A stretch of 64,000 bases of DNA from Fonticula alba ATCC 38817 (taxonomy: Eukaryota; Protista; Nucleariida), in the NCBI GenBank assembly GCA_000388065.2, contig KB932201.1; one strand, 5' to 3'. Shown here piece after piece: positions 36,948 to 50,300 of this stretch. The notes beneath the pieces were generated by a model. That model worked only from the letters and a program-made list of their open reading frames with translations. It was not told the origin of the DNA and ran no database searches. Made by a program: the position numbers and the translations under genes. Every line of letters begins with the position of its first letter. The stretch's first letter is position 1.

Positions 36948-38615
36948 TTCCCTCGGACGCGCAGGAACTCCCCGGCCACCGAGCCCAAGCGCGCACAAAA
37001 GTTGACACCCCGCACACGCCCACACGCGCCATGCGATCGGCCCGCTCCCTCCGCCTGCTCAGTTGACCGATCCCGGCCCGCATGACAAAAGGATCGCCAC
37101 TGCATGGCGCGCACTCTGAGCCCGCCCCCGGGCCCCTGCTCTTCACGCCCGGCCGCGTGCGAACAACGGTCACACTGACACGGACCGCAACGCCCTGGGG
37201 GGACGCCTCCTCCGGGGACCGCCCGGCGCGCGCCACTCCGAGCCAGGACAACGCCCCCCCCCGGCGGACTGGCTCGCGACGGGCCGGGTCGGCCTCGCAG
37301 TCGGGCCCCGAGATGGCCGATGTGCGTGATCACGAGATGGGCTACAGGGCGAACATCGCTTATCAAGGTCCGCCAGGGGTCAAGCCGGGCACGGGGCACG
37401 CGCGCACCCGCCCGTCCAAGCGCCGGGCGGCCCCCCCCCCAGTCCCTCTGCCGCCGGCGGCTCCGTGGCACGTCTCTCGGGCGGACTCTTCCTGGGTGTG
37501 TGTGTGTGTGTGCGTGTGTGTGCGTGTTTCCGACGAAGTGTCCCTCTCGGGCCCTGGCCGACCCAGTTTGCGCGGTTTCCAGCCCGGAGTGCTTCAGGAG
37601 GCGGGCCTCCCGCCGTAGGGTGGTCGGCTCGGAGCAATGGGGCGCCCCCGTTCGACGGTCTCCGGCATGAAAAAAAGAGCCATAAATATATATCCCCATT
37701 CCTCGGTCCACTCTCTGCCGCCCCTCCCTGGCAAGTTCGGCATGCGATCCCTGAGGGGCCTCCCCATGCTGGGGCGAGAGGGGCGCGTGAGCCCCCCCCC
37801 CNNNNNNNNNNNNNNNNNNNNNNNNNNNNNNNNNNNNNNNNNNNNNNNNNNNNNNNNNNNNNNNNNNNNNNNNNNNNNNNNNNNNNNNNNNNNNNNNNNN
37901 NNNNNNNNNNNNNNNNNNNNNNNNNNNNNNNNNNNNNNNNNNNNNNNNNNNNNNNNNNNNNNNNNNNNNNNNNNNNNNNNNNNNNNNNNNNNNNNNNNNN
38001 NNNNNNNNNNNNNNNNNNNNNNNNNNNNNNNNNNNNNNNNNNNNNNNNNNNNNNNNNNNNNNNNNNNNNNNNNNNNNNNNNNNNNNNNNNNNNNNNNNNN
38101 NNNNNNNNNNNNNNNNNNNNNNNNNNNNNNNNNNNNNNNNNNNNNNNNNNNNNNNNNNNNNNNNNNNNNNNNNNNNNNNNNNNNNNNNNNNNNNNNNNNN
38201 NNNNNNNNNNNNNNNNNNNNNNNNNNNNNNNNNNNNNNNNNNNNNNNNNNNNNNNNNNNNNNNNNNNNNNNNNNNNNNNNNNNNNNNNNNNNNNNNNNNN
38301 NNNNNNNNNNNNNNNNNNNNNNNNNNNNNNNNNNNNNNNNNNNNNNACACTTTTCTCGCACGACCGCCGACGAGATCCCCGCCTTTCACCGCACCAGGGT
38401 CTCCCCCCCCCTTCCGGCCTGCTCATGACCCAGTCGGGGCTTCCCTTGATCGGCAGTTGTGTATTGTTACAGGGGGGTGTCTTTCTTTCTCTCTTCCCCC
38501 TTCTCTGGTGCTTTGTCTTCTCGCCACCCAGCTTCCACCCTTACGCTCTCCCCCACAAGGGGGCACGCGTCCGTGTGAGTGTGGCTGGACAGGCGTGGCA
38601 GAGCAGGAAAGGCCG

Positions 38616-38659
<44 letters not shown>

Positions 38660-38828
38660 GCGCGCGCGTGCGAGGGGGCAAGGACATACGAGCAGACAGC
38701 GAGAAGCGGCGCACATGGGCGCATGCAGCGGGGCGCGAATGCCGCCATCCCGCGGCGTGCGGCTCTTCTCCTGGCTGCGCTTTTCTCCTTGACCACCCCC
38801 ACACGCACACGCACACACAAACACAAAC

Positions 38829-38867
<39 letters not shown>

Positions 38868-38888
38868 CACGGGCCCCCGCCCCTCCCA

Positions 38889-40826
38889 TCAGTTGATCTC
38901 GATGTTGAAGATGTCCGAGTAGATGGCGCGGTCCTCCAGGATGGACGGGTCCTCCGGGTCGATGCGGTTGAAGTGGAAGTCGTACAGCGGGAGCTCCTTC
39001 ATCGGCGGCAGGACATCCATGTAGGGCATGATGTGCTCGACCATCGGCGAGTTGGCCCCCTGGTCCTTGTGGTAATTGACACCCTTGTCACGATAGTTCA
39101 CCACGAAGGCCTGGCCATCGGGGAAGTTCGTGTACAGGGCGTAGTACCCGCGCTCGGCCGCGAAGCGCATGAACCAGGCCGACCAGACGGCTCGGCCGCC
39201 GCCACGCGCCAGGAACCAGCTGTTGGTGATCATGTTGCTGAAGAGCGGCTGGAAGGAGGGGTCGCTGGATTTCTCGTTGAACCTGGGAGAGAGGGAGATG
39301 GAGAGCGGGCGGTGCGCACACGGCAGGGTACCAGGGGGGGGGGGACACAGGGCCAAGCATTGGCGGTGGCCCGAGGGGGGACGCATTTATGTTTGCGCGT
39401 GTGGTGTGTATGTGTGTGTGTGTGTGTGCGTTTGTTAGTCGCCGGTGTGTGAAGCTACTCATCTTGGTGTGTGCGGCCCTTGTTGTGGGGTGGAGTCCCC
39501 TGCGTGCCCCCCCCCTCCCCGCCCCCCCCCCCAGAGTGACCCCCCACACACGCGACCAAACACATCGCGAGCCCCCGAGAGACAGGTCACCATTGCCGCC
39601 TGCCCCACCCCTCCCCCCTTCTTCGATTCCCCTCTCCGAGTCTCGTGGCCCAAAATCTCGACGCCTCACCGCCATCTGCGCGCATGACACCGTCGGGACT
39701 CTTCCCCCGCCCCCCCTCTCTCTCTCTCCCCCGCCCGACTGCCCAATCGTCGATGGGGCCCTCCACACACACACACAGCAGGGCATACGCACCAGGAGAT
39801 GAACTCGGCCCAGTGGTGCGGGAAGAAGACCGGCCCCCAGGTGCTGAGCAGCTGGTAGCGGAAGAACTTGGCGTCGTGCGGCAGGAACTCCTTCGGGCGC
39901 TTGGGGTACCGGCCCGGGATCATGTGCTGGCTCTGCAGCATGATGCCATACACTCGCGGGTCAAACTGCTCCGGATTGAAGTAGTAATACTCGACGGCGC
40001 GCTTGAGCCACACATAGAAGTACGGGCTGACGATGTTGTCGTCCTCCAGGATGATGGCGATTTCGGTGGTGCCCATGGGGAACCAGGAGGCCAGCCACTG
40101 GCCGGCCAGGCCGTAGTGCTTGTCACGGGCGTGGACCTGCTTGCGGCCATGGCGCCAGCGGTACACCTCGGACATCTGCCGCACGCGGGCATACTCCTGC
40201 AGGGAGATGTCCGCCTCGTTGTTCGGGTCATTCTGCTCCAGGGTGGCATTGGCCACCAGCTCCGGCGACGGGAAGTCGATGTAGATGTCCAAGTCCACCT
40301 TGTCTCCCATGAAGTCCGCCGCATCCAGCGACCGGAACAGCCGGAGCAGGGCGCGCGGCCGGTTGAAGGCGATGATCTTCACCGTCAGGCGGAAGTCCTT
40401 CACGGTGGCCGGAACCGGCCCGTTGCCGGGGGACAGGGCCGCGGGGCTGCTGGCCAGGGCGCGCATGCCGCTGGACCCGCGCGCCGGCGGCCCGGTCACA
40501 TGGGCCAGCGGCAGGGTGTACGGCGTCGGGGCCTGCAGCCCGGGGAAGGCCTGGCACCGGAGGTCATCATCCACCAGCCACATGGAGATGTTCATGAAGC
40601 GCTGGCGCTTGTTGTCCACGCCGATGATGTAGTTGTTGTGGATGGCAGCCGGCCACTCGCCGTTCTTCTGAGACAGCTTGTCAATGAAGAAGCTGTTGTT
40701 CGATTGTGGGTGTATCCCCCCGCCCGGTCCGTAGCCGCGGCCGAGCGCCGAGAGAGGGTGCATTTTGCGTTCTGATGTCAGTGGGCGTTGTCACTTCGGA
40801 TCTTCTCTCTCTTCCTCTCTGTGGCA

Positions 40827-40883
<57 letters not shown>

Positions 40884-43144
40884 ATGTGTGTCTGCGGGAG
40901 CGGGTCCTCAGGATCGCAGGATGATGCTCCCTCGAAGGCCCCCCCCTCCCCTCCCCGCCCCCCGGTGGCACACTGCTCACGCCGATGACCACGCACCGCT
41001 TGCCATCAGCCACCACCTTCTCGTCGATGGTGCCCCACTTGATCTCGTCCGGCTTGGCGGCCTTCAGCAGCTCGTTGACCAGCTCCTGCTCGGTCATGCT
41101 GTGGATGTTGAAGTTCTCCATGGCCTGGATCTTCTTGAAGACGGTCCGGTGCTGAAGCAGGACCTTGACCCACAGGGCGCGCGCGGCGTCGGTCGCCCGG
41201 AAGTAGATGAACCCGCCGGTGATCTTCTCCACCTTGTGGGCACCGCCCTGGATGTCCAGGTTCCGGTCGACAAACTGCAGCGGGTCGCGCAGGAACACCA
41301 CGTCCACGTCCGACAGCAGGACATTGTAGCCCTTCTGCAGGATCTTGTAGATGAACTCGGTCCGGCTGTTCATCAGGGCCTGGTACGCCACCGACCCATA
41401 GTCGTAGGCCTTCTCGCGGGGGGTGCCATCGGCGGCGGTCTCATCGGCGGAGACAATGAACGAGCCATTGGCCGACTGGGCCAGCAGGGCCTTGTACTCC
41501 AGGGCGATGTTACTCTCGTAGTAGATGACCGGCAGGCCGCGATCGCGCAGGATCGTGTACATGGCCCGGTCGGTGGCGTGGAAGAGGAAGTTCTTCCGGC
41601 CAATGCGCAGCAGGGTGCACATCCAGTTGATGGAGAAGTCCAGGTAGCCGGAGTTGACGGTGGCCACGATGACATCGCGCGTCTGCGGGTCGGCCTGCTT
41701 GGCCAGCATGACGTCGATGGACTGCTCCTTCGGGCGCAGGGTGCAGAAGGGACACGCCCCGGAGGGGGCCGAGGAGGTGGTGCTGAAGTCGGCGCCGGGC
41801 CGAGTGAACACCGACGGGGCCGACTCGCCGGCCGGCAGGTTCTTCGGGCTCAGGGCATTGCCCGGGGAGTTGGGGATCGGCGCCAAGTAGTAGTCGCAGG
41901 ACTCCACATCGCCGAGCTTCTTCGGGTCAACGGCATCGGACTTGGTCAGGTTGATGTTGTAGTCGGTGCCGGAGCGCGAGTGGCTACCTCCGACCTGTGG
42001 CGCGTGTTGCGGCGCGTGGGGCAATGTCCCAGGAGGGCAGGGCGGCGGGGACGTGGGGTTAGCATCTGAGGGAGGGCGGGCGTTCTCGGGGGATGCCCCC
42101 CCCCCGGGCAAGGTGGCACCCGAGGGGACGGGGATTTGGCCAAGTCCCGCGCGGTGGCACATACCTTCATGTGGTTGAGGTGCACGGCGAAGACCACCTC
42201 GGTGGCATCGACGGCCGCGGCATTCTGATTGCCGATGAACTGCGCCAGCAGCCAGTTATCCCAGCGGACCTGCAGCATTCCCCCCCAGCCCCCGGAGCGG
42301 ATGGGTGGCAAGGTGCGACACCGGCAGGATGGTGATGGCCGAAAGCGCGAGCCAAGATGCCGATGCGGGGGGTTTCCTCTTGGTGTTAGAGTGCCACGGA
42401 GCAGCATCATAAAGCGAGTCGCTTCTCCCGGGGTGGGGGCGGGGCCTTGGCGATGGCAGGGCGTGCTCGGGTGGCGTGTGGCACGGCGGCCAGGTGGGCC
42501 ACAGAAAAGAAGAAGAAGAAGAAGAGGGGGAGCATGTCATGTGTAACGCACACGGCCAACGATGAAGGGCGGCATGGGGCGGGCATAGCGGGTGCGGTAC
42601 AGGAAGTAGTCGATCCCATACTTGCCGTGTGTCTTGCCGTAGCGTTCGACCTGTGGAAGGCCGCGGCGGGGGCGCGATCGTGGCAGGGCGATCAGCCGGG
42701 AGGAAGAGGCGCACGCCTGCGTGTCAGTACCATTATCGAGTGGTGTGCACCGGGTTTTTTTTCCCCTCCACTGGGCATCTGCCCATCTCTTTTTCTTTCT
42801 CTCTCTCTCTCTCTGTCTCTCTCGACCCCTTCCTGGGAGAAAGAAAGGGCAGCCACTGCGGCGCGCTCGCCCTCACGGGTGTGTGCACAAAGAAAAACAC
42901 GCGACGCGAAGGGGGGGCGATGACAATGCGTGTTCCAGTGGACGCACGGTGCGCTTGAAGTCCTCGCGCCACATGGGGTTGTTGAAGTCAATCAGACGCG
43001 GGTACAGGATGTCGATGCGCTGGCCGACCATCAGGAAGTCCTCATGCTGGGAGGCAACCTATCCGGCCGAATTTGGCCAATGGACGGAGTTGATCGGGCA
43101 GTGGGTGGCGGGATGAAAGATGCATCAAGTCAGCACACGGAGGA

Positions 43145-43179
<35 letters not shown>

Positions 43180-44479
43180 TCCCCCCCCTCACACCGGGAG
43201 GATATCCCCGAGCGGCGGGCCGTCTCTGTTTTTCTTCCCCCCAGCGCTTGATGTTTCTCCGAGCGGAGCACGCACCGAATGCATGGCATAGAGGATGTCC
43301 TCGAAGTAGACCATGTCCGAGTTGGAGTACATGATGTACTCGGTGTCGGCCAGCTCGGCGGCCCGGGCAAACAGGCAGTCGTAGCGGGGGACATTGAGCT
43401 CCGGGTGCATGCAGGGCACCTGAAGACACACCGCCCGCGAGGGGGGCACGAACTGCGAGTGTTTTTTTTTCCCCACGTTAGAGTTCAATTCCACCGGTGG
43501 GCGTTCGGCTGGGATAGGAGAGGAGGAGTGCAGGGAGGGAGGGGAGCAAAGCAAGCTGGACGCAGGGGGTGTGCGCCGCCCCCCCCCCCCCGACCAGGGG
43601 AGAAAGGTCGCCCAGTGGGTGGGCAGCGGTGTACGGCCAGATCGCCGCAGCCGATTGGACTCTCTGCTTGTCTGCTTATCTCCACATGTGTGCGTGCGTG
43701 CGTGTGTGTGTGTGTCTGGGCGCGTGTGTGCGCATACGCACCGACATGACGAAGTCGCAGCTGCGCTCATCACCGAACAGGATGATCTTGACCCCGGGCA
43801 GACGAACCCACGACTGGATGGCGTTGTATGTGTGCAGGGTCTCCAGCCAATCGGTCTGGGTGTTGCCAGCGAAGTTGATGGAGTTCAGGTCGGTGACCGT
43901 CAGCTCGCGCAGAATGGTCCAGATGGTCAGGTCGCGGCCGAGGGTCGGATCCCCGGGGGGGAGGATCTCCCGCGCGGCCGGGTGGTCGGTGAATTCGCTC
44001 GGGCGTCCGGTGACCGAGGCCGAGGTCAGGGGGCTGGCGCCGCTGGAGCCGAAGTACGGCGAGGAGGTCCGGGCCGAGGGGTGTCGGGGCGTCGGCAGCA
44101 TCGGGCCCGACCAGGGGGGGGGGGGGGGGAGGGGGGAAAGACGCGGCAAACCAGCAGGCCACAAGGGACCAAGGCACGCGATCCATGCATGTGTTAGCTG
44201 ACGCTCGGCGGCCGGGGGTGTCCTGTTTTTTTCCCCGACAGGCCAAGCTGGCCCACGGGGTCTGGCAAAGGGGGAACAAGCAGGCATTCCGGGTGCGCGC
44301 ACACTCTCCCGTACCATGCCCATGTTGTAGGAATCGGCCGGGCTGCCGGAGGAGGCAAAGAAGGCCACCGCGCCAATGAGACCGACCAGGACGAGGCCCA
44401 CCATGAGCATCGAAGACATCAGGCGTCTCCTGGGCCGGGACGGCGTCAGGGCGATGGATTCGCCCCGGGAGTGTCGCAT
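38889..44479 (-). CDS. Type II membrane multi-domain glycosyltransferase (three GT-A-type domains, the middle one nucleotide-diphospho-sugar transferase/PF03407-like); exons approx 44479..44315, ~44100..43742, 43419..43276, 43058..42948, 42650..42552, 42269..42165, 41994..40997, 40692..39793, 39282..38889
   Basis: N-terminal TM LMVGLVLVGLIGAVAFFA. Domain 1: YNAIQSW...IILFGDE...YSNSDMV...FLMVGQRID...GIDYF...PPFIVGRVRWDNWL. Domain 2: VATVNSGYLDFSINW...GYNVLLSDVDVVFLRDP...AAIHNNYIIGVDNKRQRF. Domain 3: IIAFNRPRALLRLFRSL...GLAGQWLASW...ILEDDNIVSPYFYVW...WGPVFFP. The first acceptor is unresolved, and a micro-exon between 43741 and 43420 is possible. Confidence 0.82.
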
Positions 44480-44532
44480 GTTTGACAAGCTGCGCGCTTT
44501 GGCTCGGCGGGACTAACCAGCTACTGTGCCTG

Positions 44533-44534
44533 TG

Positions 44535-44594
<60 letters not shown>

Positions 44595-44596
44595 TG
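44533..44596. repeat. (GCGT)n tetranucleotide array just upstream of the glycosyltransferase gene
   Basis: About 15 tandem gtgc/gcgt units read directly. Confidence 0.85.
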
Positions 44597-47335
44597 TGTG
44601 TGAGTACGTATGGCAGGTGAGTCACAGGGAGGGAAGCCAGTAAGAGGCCCAGACGGGGGGAGGCGCTGCTGGCGTGTTTGCGTCTGACAGCATAGCACAG
44701 CGCATGGCACATGCATACGTGCGCGTATGCGTATGTGTATATATATATATATGTGTGTGTGTGTGTGACTGTGTGGACATGGGCGCCCATCGCCGGAGCC
44801 CCAGCATGCTGTGTACCTATTCTGGAGGTAAAAAGGAGAGAGCGGAGGCAGGGAGAGGGATGGACAAGGGGGAGGGGGAGGAGAGGGGCCGGTCGGGATG
44901 CAATCCAGACTGTAGAGAGACAAATGCTCTGAGATCCACCTGCGGAAGGGTGCGCGCGAGGAGGGTGCAAGAGGGCAAAAAGGCAGGGGAGTACCGAAGA
45001 TGTGACGGCACCGGGGTTCCGGAATGGGGCCCCTTCAGACCTCCCGCGAGAGGAACGTCGGCATGCGCGCCTCGACTCCACCAGCCCCGGGCCGGGCTCT
45101 TCTGCCCCTCCCCACGCCCCCACCCCCTGCCCCCGCGCTGCTGCCTACACCCCTCCGGCCTGCTCTGGGAGTTGTTCCTGCCCCATCCTCCCCCCCCCCC
45201 CCCGGTCGGGCGTGGGAGACAGTGCCGCCTCGGTGGCAGGCAGAGCAAATGGGGCGCCGCCGAGGCGAGACGGCTTGCCAGGCCCCGACAGGGGCATCAG
45301 TACCTGTAGAGTGGCCTCCCCTCGCCGCCTCGCCATCGCCCCATGTCCCCGGTCCAGCCCTGCTGCGTACTCGGGCTGAGTCTCTTTCTCCCCTGTGGCA
45401 GCGTGCCGTGCTGCGGAGGGCGATGTCGCCAGCCGAGCGTCCCTGCGCGGAATCCCCGCTCGACCATCCGGACAGGGGGCCGCCCGGTGTTCACCCCTTG
45501 GAGCAGCGCCGACAAGACTTGCTGCGGCCGAATTCGGCCCTCTTCCCGGCCCCCCCTCGCGAATGAGCCTTCCTGTCCCTGGTGTCCATGGCTTCGATCG
45601 GTGCCGGCTGGGCCGCGGTATCGGCATGTTGGCCCCCTCGAGGGATGGGAAAGAGACCGAGGGAGCAGCCAGACAGGGCGACGCGTTGCGCGTGTCCCGC
45701 ATGAGGCCGCGGAGGCGGGGAGGGATGTCCCCCACTCAAGATGACCCAGCCTCCGGATTGGGCGTCGAAAGCCGTGCCTGGGCCCGTCCGCGAGCCCCCC
45801 TCCTCCTCCCCCCGCCCCGAATGACGCCATTCAGCAGGAGAGGCAAATGGGCGTGGCGTATCTCTTCCTGCTGCCTCTCGGCCCTTGACTGGGTCTTCAT
45901 AGATAACGAAGCATGCAGTAAGAGGGGGCGACCGCCGGCGGGTAGGAGGAGGGGCTGCAAATAAAAAAAGGGGGCGACTTGTGGAGGGCAAGTCTCCGCT
46001 GGGTGCCGGGCAGGAAAGAGAAAAGAAAAGAAAAGGCCGAGCCGAAATTAAGACACCTGCCCGCCACAGGCATGCGCAGAATGCCCCGGTGCAAAGAGGA
46101 CACCCTCCCCCAGGGCTAGGGCAGACACATCCGGGCATCGGTGGAATCGCTGGCACTATGCCGGACGCTGGGGCTGGGTATGCCGAAGCGCTGTTACCCG
46201 CCGGGCGGCGGCCGGCACACATTGGCATGCCTGTGCGCCTTCATGCGGACCGGCAGCCACCCCCCCCCCCCCTTCCCCCGCGATCTGTCAGGCGGTTGAC
46301 AGGACACAGGGATGGTTCTACAATTGGAGAATGCCATCTTCCCCCTTTCGAGACGCCGGAAACCAAAGGCCTCCGGCCCGGCGTGGGGCGAGGGGGGGGG
46401 GGGGGGGGGGAGGGCACACCCTCTGCCGCGCCTCCTATGTTCGATATGTGTAGCCATGCCGGCTCGCGCTGCCGTTCTTCTGGCCCCATGTCGCTACCTT
46501 GGTTGGTCGGTCGGTCGGTCGGTCGGTCGGACTCCTTGCTCGCCGGCCTCCACTCGCCGTTCTCTCGGTGCGTGTGTGTGTGCGTCTCTGCGTGTTGCAC
46601 GCGGACGCCCCCTGAAAGAGGGGGAGCCTTGGCGTGGATCCCCATGACCAGGCGAGGCCCCCGCCCTCGCCGGCCCCCTCTCCCAGCTGGTCCTGGCCGG
46701 GCACACCCCCAGGGGGGGGGGGAGTTCGGATTAATCAGTCATGCTGCGCGGGCGCCGGGGGAGCACAACGCAGGGGATATTGCCCACAAGCCAGCCGACC
46801 GACGCCTTGTGGGCGAGGGAGCCACCCTGGCAGTAAACAAACAGAGCCCTCAAGCCGGCCAAGTTGGGAATGATGGTGGGGCAAGACGCATGTCGCCACC
46901 CCCGGGGCATGCTCTTCACGGAAATTCGCGCTGCAACCCTAGGCACAAGGTGCTCCCGAGGATGGCGCCACCAGGTGCCGAGACAATCACATGGCCAGAT
47001 TATTTAAATTTCACGTTTCGCCGCCCGCAGCGCGAGCCCTTCGCGCGATCCCCGCTTCGCCGGTGGCCGGCTGGCTCGCCCGCCCCGCCCGCCCCCCGGG
47101 CCCGCGGCCCGATCCGGCACGAGCCGCCCGCACCGGCACCATCGCCTCGTTGGTCATATCTCGGGGAGTACCCCCCTCGGGGCTCGGTCTCAGGCCGATC
47201 GATCAGCTTCCTCCTCCCCTCTCCTCCCGCCACCTGCCGATTGTCCGCAGACCCTCGCCTTTTGTCGCGGACTTCCTCCTTCCCCTCCCCCTCTCTTCCT
47301 GGCCCTCTGGATGGCTTCCACATCCGCGGCGCTCC

Positions 47336-50300
47336 ATGGAACGTGTACGTGTGTTCCGCGCCATCTGTGCCGCCATGCTTCCTTTCCACCCGCTTTCTCT
47401 GACCCCCCCCCCCCCCCCCCCCCGCCCCCCCGGCCGCCCCTCCCCCCGCCTCGTCCTCCACCATCACTTTGCCCATACNNNNNNNNNNCCCCGCCTCGTC
47501 CTCCACCATCACTTTGCCCATACGGAAGACGGCTACCATCTTTGTTGTCGCGCGTGGCGGCGCCGGGCCGCGAGAGCAGCGCGAACGGGCGCTCAGCTTT
47601 GTGCGATTGTTCCTGGCCCAGCGGGCCATTGACGGTCGGCGGTCCGAGTGCGCCGGTGTTGTATCCGCTGACGGGGTCCCGCCGCGCTTGATCGACGATT
47701 TCCCCGATCTGCAGGATGCCGGAGCCGGGGCCGACCCCACGCAGCAGGCCCCATGCGTGCTGGTGCCTCTCCAGCCGAGCGCGCGTCCCGGGCTCGAGCG
47801 AGTACATCGCTATGGCCAAGCGCTGCCGGCGGGGCCGCCGGACATGGCCGACGGGTTGTCGCCCTTCCGGCCGGTGGACTGGCTGGCGGCGCTGGCTTTC
47901 GCCCGGGAGCTCTTCTTTGCCTATCGGCTGAGCAACCGCCGGGTGACCTTCCACTTCAAGCGCATCGTGCTGGTTATGCCCTTCTACGGGTGCATCCCCG
48001 GGGATGGGATCCTGTCGGGGGAGTGTGAGGATCCGTCACTTGCGCCGGAGGCTGAGCCAGCCATCCGGCACATATTCCAGCGGCTAGACGAAGACAACAT
48101 CGTGTTGGAGGTGCTGTGCGTCTCTTTGCCGTTGTCTCTTTCTCCCCCTCTCCTGGTTGCACTCTCGAGAGGGCTTTCTTTCACTGCCCGCGCATGCATC
48201 TCTGCACATCCACACACCTATGCATGTGTGTGTGTGTGTGTGTGTGTGTGTATCCGTACATTCGTACACTCACACCTCTGTACATTTGTCCACCTGTATA
48301 TTCACACGTCCGCACATCTGCACATGCGTCGCGGCGCAACGTAGCGACATCGGATCTGGCGTGCCGCACATCATTTCGCCCATCTCCACCACCCTGAAGC
48401 TGGCCTTGCCGACGGTGACGACCTTGCTGCCGCCGGCGCCCAGCCCGCGCCCCGTGTTCAAGGGGCCGCTGATAATCGGCTCGCCGGCCTGTGCGGCCTC
48501 CAGCCGGAATGCCTTCCACACGGAGGACCACCATCCGGCCGGGCTAGAGCTAGAGGTGGCGGTTTTCGCTCGAGTTGGCACCCCGCGCACGCTCACCTAC
48601 AAGCTGGCGTTTCTGCTGCCCCCGGCGGCCGGGGCCGCTGCCGGGCCAGGGCCCAACGGCAGCGATGCCGGTCAGTACCGCCTGCTGCCGTTGGTGCTGG
48701 ACCGGGTGCCGGTGCGTGCGGCCGAGCGCACTCTCGGCGGCCTGGCCACCGGCGATCCAGCCGATCAGGACCCGGCCATCGTCCCGGCGGAGCACCTGGC
48801 CCGAACGTACCGCTATGGGAAGCAGCGCATTGCCGTCACCCGAGCCGATGAGCTGATCGCCGCCGCTGGGGCTGGCTGCCCGGCCGAGGCGGAGCGGTCC
48901 CTGCAGCTGATCTGCTTCTTTGAGGCCCGTAGCTTGCCCCCGGCTTTTGCCCTGCACGCTGGACCCACCTACTGGATGGTGGCTGTGGGCGCGCCGGCGG
49001 AGGCCACCACCCCGGGGGGGCCTGGCGCGGGCGCGTGCCCGCGCGGCACGGCCCCGGCCAATGCCCTGGCGCTGGCCCACCTCGTTGGGCACATGCGCCT
49101 GACCGGGCGCATTGCCCTGCTCCGGTATGTGCGCGTCAGCGGCGCAGCGCCACAATTGATGCTGGCACGGACCCAGCCGGGCACCGATCGGCCGGTCCTC
49201 CTGCTGACGCGTCTGCCCTTTGCCGGGGAGGTGTTGCATTCGGCGGTGCCGGGGTCTGGCCGGCTCCGACGGGCGGTCCAGGCGGCCAATCCGGCGGCCG
49301 ATGCCGCCATGGACGCCCTCATCGACCAGCATCTGGCCGCCGAGGCTGGCGCGATTCCCCTCAAGACGGAGCTCGACCCGGGGGCAGTTCCCCGGGCGGC
49401 CGATGTGCCCGGCTCCGCGGGCCGGGAATTGCCGCTGTTCCGGAGCCCGAACTACGCCCTGCAGCGGCACTTGGCCCTGTGCCTGTTGGTTCCCGAGGCA
49501 ACTGCCTGGCTGCCTCCCCTGTCGACGGTTCTGGGGCCGATCCTGCCGGAGCCCGGGTCCGGGCCAAAGGCCGATCCGCTGGCCGGGGTGTTTGCCCTGC
49601 GCAAGCGTCCTGCCCTGGGGGAAGCCGGATTGGAGGATGGGCCGGTTGCGGCCGGGGCCAAGCGCCCGGCGGCCCTCTCGACTGGCTTCCGCAGCCAGGA
49701 CACCGAGGCTCGGGTCCGGTCGATCATGTCCTCGCGGCCGGAGCTGGCGGTGCTGGACAAATTCCTTCTGGCCACCGGGCCGGTGGCCCTGCTGGCGGCC
49801 CTGCCTCGGCATGGCTTCCAGCCGGCACCCGGGGCCGGGGCCGGGGCCAGCGCCAGCGGCGGCAGCATGGCCGGCGTGGCTGGCGCGGGCGGCGCGGTGC
49901 CACTCCTGCAGGCCGCATGTGCCGAGCTGGTCGAGTGGCTGGGCGCCGGGGCCGATCGTGGTGGCCGGGCAGCCGAGCTCCCCGGCGAGGCGGATGCCTG
50001 GCTGGCCTTGAGGGCATTGTCTCTGCGCGAGCGGAGCCACGACATTTATGACTCGGCGCTGGCGGCGGCGCAGGCGCGCGGGTCGCTGGCAGCGCTCCGA
50101 GCCCCGGGGCCCCTCGGCCCGGTGGCCCACGACCCGGATGATGGCCAGGACCTGATGGAGTTTGCGCCGGAGATCCAGGCCCCCGGCACCGGGCTGGCGG
50201 CCCTCCCGGCCACCCTACAAGCTGGCTTCCATTCCTTCCCCTCCCAGCCGCTGCCCAGCCAGGCGTCCCTGTCCTCCTTGGATGGGGGGGGCGTTGGGTC

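Noticed and set aside
32237-38389. Many overlapping 300-700 aa R/G/P/A-rich ORFs on both strands
   Set aside because: Stop codons are rare at this GC content. The ORFs overlap in several frames, span N gaps and homopolymers, and show no motif or codon bias.
39645-42069. 376-aa and 434-aa plus-strand ORFs
   Set aside because: Antisense shadows of glycosyltransferase exons.
47445-47523. Direct repeat CCGCCTCGTCCTCCACCATCACTTTGCCCATAC on both sides of a 10-N gap
   Set aside because: Identical copies abutting a minimal gap indicate an unmerged contig overlap, not a biological repeat or target-site duplication.
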